NCBI GenBank assembly: GCA_977862235.1 | Contig: OZ374557.1 | Span: forward strand, 62,001 to 126,000 | From: Dudresnaya verticillata | Taxonomy: Eukaryota | Reading direction: 5' to 3' | DNA length: 64,000 nucleotides | In this document: piece after piece, positions 58,839-64,000 of the stretch | Layout of the letters: each line of letters starts with the position of its first letter | How positions within the stretch are numbered: position 1 is the stretch's first letter | Position numbers and translations under genes: made by a program | Notes under the pieces: model-generated | What the model was told of the DNA's origin: nothing | Databases searched by the model: none | The model's input: the letters and a program-made list of their open reading frames with translations, nothing else

Positions 58839-60388
58839 GGCGAGGACGCCCGTTGTGTCACGTACTTCGTCTGAATCCGTTCCCCGAGACACTCCGCATA
58901 TTCCGATTCCGAGAGCCGCTGCGATTCTAAGGAAGCGTGCTGCACGACGAAGAGACCGAAAGCGATGTCGAGTCCTCGTGCAAGCCGCTTCGTGCGAAAA
59001 CAATTCGAAGAAGATACCGATCTCGAAGATTGAACCCGAAGTTACCACCGAGGGATACGTTTCCTTGATGACTTCGGAGATCTTCCTCGTGACCGGATCC
59101 ATTGGCCTCGATGCCTCCGTAATGACGCCGCATACGATTGCAGGGGATACGTGTTCCGGTTACAACATAATAGCCCGGGCTGCGTTACCCATCGGTTGGG
59201 AAGCGAACGCGTCCACGATGGAATCAGCTTCGAGGCTCGCGGCCGCTGATAGCACCCCGTTGCTACTCGATGGTATCGTTTACCTGACAGTCCATCTTGG
59301 GAACGTTGTATCCCGCGTACCCTTCGTGGTTGCGGAGAGACTCGCAGTCGACGTTCTCCTTGGAACTTTGTGGATGGACGCGCATTTACGAAGCAACGAG
59401 TTCAGCCCACGGAGGCTCATCACGAAGAGTGGAAGTACGATTCCAATTATCTGTCGCAGTGCTGGATCGGCTCCGCCCGCAATTAATTCGAAAAATCCGA
59501 AGCAGAAATTCGAGAAAACGCTATCGAAGCGACATCAACGCGAGCTGCACGATTGGGACCGAGACACCCGCACTATTCGTTTGAACCGCCGAGTCACAAT
59601 ACCGAGTAATGCGCAGAAGCTAGTCACCGTGACCTCGGAAGCACTCGGGCTAATTCATATCGAACCGAAACCTTCGTTACAACACCGACATGGAGTACGG
59701 TTAACGAACGGGATACACGAAGTCAGCCCGAATCGCGAGTTTTCGTTGTTGATGGCGAACTTCACGGATAAGCCTCGAGCTCTATCGAAGGGAACCGTCA
59801 TCGGATACGCAGCTCGAAACCCGCTCGCGATTTTGACACCCGATCGCGAAGTCGCGGATTCGTTTGCCGAGGTGCTCAGCATCTTAACGGCTTCGTGAGC
59901 ACGACGACTCGAGGTTACCAGAAGAATCCGTATCCACGAAGGAAAAACCGCTCACGAAGGGCGCCGCGACTGCAGCAGCCGAAGCCAATTCGAGTTCCCG
60001 CGATTGGGAAGAACGCGTAGACCTTTTGAATATACCCGACGAAACTACGCAAAACGAGGTCCTCGAGATGCTACGAAATCAGGAATCCATGTGGAACGGA
60101 TACCTCGTAACGATTGCAGCCACGGAGCATCGTATCGATCTACCACCCGGGACTCTATCTATTCGTTCGATGCCCTACCGTCAAGGGCCCGCAATACGAG
60201 AAATCTTCCGTAACGAAATCTACAATATGCTCAAAGCCGGATTAATCGAACCAGCCACCTCGGAGTGGACTTCCCCCGTAGTACTTGCACCGGAGAAAGA
60301 CGGACCACTTCGTTTTCGCGTGGATTACCGAAGACTCAATACGAAGACTCAATACGAAGACACTACCGGACGCGTACCCGCTTCCCCC

Positions 60389-62499
60389 CTTATCGCATTA
60401 CCCGCATCAACGGCAAACAAGCCTTTATTGATCGCGACGGCACTGAGGTCCAACACTCCCTTGCCCAGCTCCGTCCATACACTCGAGACCTTAGCCACCT
60501 CTCTGACCCATTACCCGCCGCGCTGAACTCAATTCTTCAGCCTCTTTCTTCCCCGGCTAATTCCCCTTCCCCTGACATACTCCTGACAGAGACTTTACAC
60601 CCTTCGGATACCCGCCGCAACTGGCCCCAATTCGTCCAGGCCAAACGCAAGGAAATCAAAGGCCTCATCGATCGTGGTACTTGGAAACCAGTCCTCCGCC
60701 GCGAACTTCCCGACGACGCCAACATCCTCTCTGGTCGCTTCGTCCTCGTTATCAAGAGCACTGAAACCGATGAACCCGTCTTCAAAGCCCGCTTCGTCGT
60801 CCAAGGACACAAGGATAAAGACAAAAACATCCTCGTCCACAACTCTACGAACCTTCGCCAAAGCTCTACACGCATTCTTTCCTCAATAGCTGCTCTTCAT
60901 AACTTCCGCGTCTGGAGCCACGACGTCAGTCAGGCTTACCTGCAGTCTTCCCAGGCTCTTTTGCGAAAGGTATACCTCAAACCCCCAAAAAGAACTCAAC
61001 CTCTCCTCCGACGAAGTCCTCGAACTCCTCAAGCCCCTGTACGGTCTCCCTGATGCCGGCGACTATTGGAATCGCACCATGGCTGCCCACCTTCGCTCCG
61101 ATCTCGGAATGTCGCCCTCCTTCGGTGATCCCTCCCTCTACTTTAAACGGGACAAAACCGGTCTACTTGGTCTCATCGGCGTCTATGTCGATGACTCCCT
61201 GCTGTGTGGCAATGACACCTTTCTCCGCCTCTCGGACCGTTCCCTTGAGACTTTCGATTCTCGCGACCGTGAACTTGACTCCACAACCTTCGCTGGCGTC
61301 CATATTTCTTCCACGCCTGGCAAGGTCTGTCTTGACCAAACCGCCTATATCTCTAAACTGTCTCCCTTGGACCCCGACGCATCGTTTCAGGCCTATCGCT
61401 CCCTCCGCGCCAAACTCGCTTGGGCCACACACACACGACCGGACATTTGTTGCTCCGTGGCCATGGCTGCTCAAGTCACGGAACAAAACTTCACCCCCGA
61501 GGATATCAATTCCCTCAACAAGGTCGTCACGCACTTACGTCAACTACCCCATTTACCTCTGCGATACACGCCACTAGATATCAACTCCCTTCGACTGAAG
61601 GTTTATGCGGATGCCGTTTTTGCCAACAACCCGGACTTAAGCTCTCAGCTTGGCTATATCGTTCTCCTTACGGACCGCTCCGACCGGTGCCATATTCTTC
61701 ATTTTTCCAGCAAGAAGATCCACCGCGTCGTCCGCTCTGTTCTCGGTGCTGAAGTCTACGCTTTCGCTGACGCTTTCGACTACGCCTTTACACTCCGTAA
61801 GGACCTGGAACGCATTCTCAACCGTCGCATCCCGCTGACAATGCTCACCGACTCCAACTCTCTCTTTGACATTATCACTAAATGCACTGTTACTGCCGAA
61901 AAGCGTTTAATGATTGACATTACCACCGTCCGCGATGCTTACGACCACGAAGAAATCTCTAACGTCGGCTTCGTGCGCACTAACCAGAATCCAGCCGATG
62001 CCTTCACAAAAATCACCAAGTGCGCTGCCCTGTCGTCCATCCTATCCTCTTCCACCTGCTCACTTCCCGTCGAACAGTGGGTTGTTCGCCTTACCCGCTC
62101 TTCCGACCCGTCTCGCGTCTAAAAAGTGGGGAGTGTAGAAATATAGTGACAGTGACGACTCGACGGCTATGCCACGTAATGCTGACTCTCCTCCTTCAAG
62201 GAGAGTCAAGGCTACCGCGTGAGTCTTTCGCTGTAATTCTTTAGCTGCCCTCTCCCCGGCTCCGACTAGCGGAACCGGACTGGCAAAGCGTACTTAAGAT
62301 GCTCTCGTCTGCCGGCTAGCGGCAGACAGACACACACAGAACAACACGCTCAGCTCACCTAAGTAAAGGTCCTTCTACCCTACGACTTGTCGCCGTCCGC
62401 ACTGCGCGCGCCCCACCGAGGCGCCCCGTAGCGAAACCCGACCAAGTCGCCGCTACCGCCCACCACCGCCTACGCGGTTACAGTTCGCGTGTTCCGACA
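60389..62499 (+). mobile_element. 3' half of a Copia-type element (RT, RNase H, PPT, 3' LTR)
   Basis: KARFVVQG, DVSQAYLQ, YVDD, TRPDI, YADAVFANNPDLSSQLG and NPADAFTK, with a frameshift at ~61000. PPT AAAAAGTGGGGAG at 62121-62133 and LTR 62134-62499. Confidence 0.92.
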
Positions 62500-63305
62500 C
62501 TAGCACGTACAGCATGGACTGCCATTAATTTGTACGTTAATGTTTTGCGTCGACTGGGGGGGAGTCCCGCCACTGTCCCACACCCTGAGTCAATAGAGGA
62601 AATTGGGGAGGGGGAGGGCTGCATCCATATAACGATTGTCTGAGGTGTTAGCCCCTCCTACAGCTTCGCGCGCTGGGTGGGCCAATCACAGTGCAAAGAC
62701 CCGTCCGGGAAGTTGCGCGGAAATCGGCTCTTTTGGCGCACTGTAAGTCTACAGTTTTATCCGTTAAAATCGCTTTTGACCGTTTTGCCGCGAAAGAGAC
62801 GCACGCCTGCAGATCCTGACGCCGGTTGCGTACGAGAAGACGTTGGTAATGTAGGAGTGGGCCCTTTGCTAGCAGAAATGCTTTCAAACCCTCCGCCACT
62901 GTCCCCACGCCGGACTGTTGCGCCGATATCCTCTGGGATTCTTGCGTTTTTGCTTCCCCCCTTTCCCCTTCAAGACAAAATCAAACAAATTGCATACTAA
63001 ATTACATCGACATCTGTCGACAATCACAAACCGGACCCCTTTACATACAGAACGAACGCGGCGCGCAGCGCCGCCCGAGCCGAAGGCGCGCCTCCCTTGT
63101 AGGAATAATAAAGGAAATAGCAAGGTCACGTGAGAATGGCTTTTTGACCAAGTCCGGGTCTACGAGTTGATATTTTCCATGCAGGCACGTGTACACACGC
63201 TCTAGCACGTACAGCATGGACTGCCATTAATTTGTACGTTACTTTTTTGCGTCGACTGGGGGGGAGTCCCGCCACTGTCCCACACCCTGGGTCAATAGAG
63301 GAAAT
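62500..63305 (+). repeat. Dispersed direct repeat (~104 bp at 62500-62603 and 63202-63305)
   Basis: CTAGCACGTACAGCATGGACTGCC...CAATAGAGGAAAT is present twice. Also, 63100-63153 resembles 53160-53213. Confidence 0.85.
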
Positions 63306-64000
63306 CGTAGAGGTACACTCCAGTCGGTCTTTTCTGGGTAGATGGGGTCTACGGTGTACCTCCCTCAATACAGCCAACTGAACGCATATTGCGAGAGTGT
63401 GGCGACAGTCCATATTGCCACGCATAGCCGCTGTCCGTGCTTCCGCGGCGTGCGGCCACCGCGCGCAACGGCGCACTCATTCAAAATAGAAGCTCGCCAA
63501 GATGGAACAGCCGCGGCACGTGCCCGCACGTGTCCGTTCAACAGCGCGTCACGATCACGCTCAATCATTATGGCAATTACAATCGGTTCCATGAAATTAC
63601 CTGGGAACGGCGCGCTTGCCCGTATGAGCGCCCCAGACCAGGCCCAGAAGCAGGCGTGAACGGACGGGCAACAGTGCGCTGGCCCGTATGGGAGCCCCAG
63701 AGCATGCTCAAGACGCAGGCGTAGATGCCACTGGTTTAAAATTTGATGTGAGACGCATGCGTCGGTTCGGTTCACTGTAACTATTACCGTTCGGGCTTTT
63801 TCAGGCAAAGACGGTGTACGACGTTCACGTACGATATTTCTTCCGTTGCAGGGCCCTTTCTCGACGACCGGATACCCCTTCACCCCTTCCCCCCACCGCG
63901 GCCCGTCACAAGGACGCCGCCTGCTTTCCAGTGTACCGTGCACACGCTTTGCTCCTTCCCGCTACAGGCAATTCCCACATGCCACGCCGTCAGCACTCAA

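Larger units (their letters stand above)
55120..60388 (+). mobile_element. 5' half of a Gypsy family B element (LTR, PBS, gag, protease, start of RT)
   Basis: LTR 55120-56324 and PBS at 56326. Gag 56396-58838 and protease 58855-59898 are paralogous to the minus-strand copy. RT breaks after DYRRLNTK..DAYPLP. Confidence 0.92.

Noticed and set aside
55120..62499. A single transposed Gypsy-Copia chimeric element
   Set aside because: The two LTRs are unrelated and the flanking 5-mers differ.
63365..63943. 192-aa minus ORF
   Set aside because: GC-rich, non-ATG start and no recognisable domain.

Overview
This is a eukaryotic, intron-poor, transposon-dense window. It is most consistent with a red alga (inference from the intronless genes and an MAFV-type plastid transit peptide). 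Two intact, convergent host genes (EMC1 and a plastid-type diaminopimelate decarboxylase) occupy the first 4 kb. The remaining ~60 kb is a nested transposable-element cluster whose boundaries can mostly be resolved by target-site duplications (TSDs). It holds (1) a young, non-autonomous Copia-type element with gag, a likely -1 frameshift and a protease fused directly to RNase H; (2) a chromodomain Gypsy element carrying long antisense ORFs, nested in a solo LTR that sits at the 3' side of a decayed Helitron-like Rep/PIF1 gene; (3) a second chromovirus family, as one full copy and one 5' half joined to a Copia 3' half; (4) three solo LTRs; and (5) a tRNA-headed SINE candidate. The most unusual structure is a head-to-head pair of decayed genes: a UPF1/SEN1-like SF1 helicase and a KDZ (Kyakuja-Dileera-Zisupton)-type transposase. 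Each is bracketed by inward-pointing copies of the same GCGTGCGGGCGCTG box, which suggests a helicase-carrying KDZ transposon system. Family calls come from motif recognition by eye; no database searches were run.
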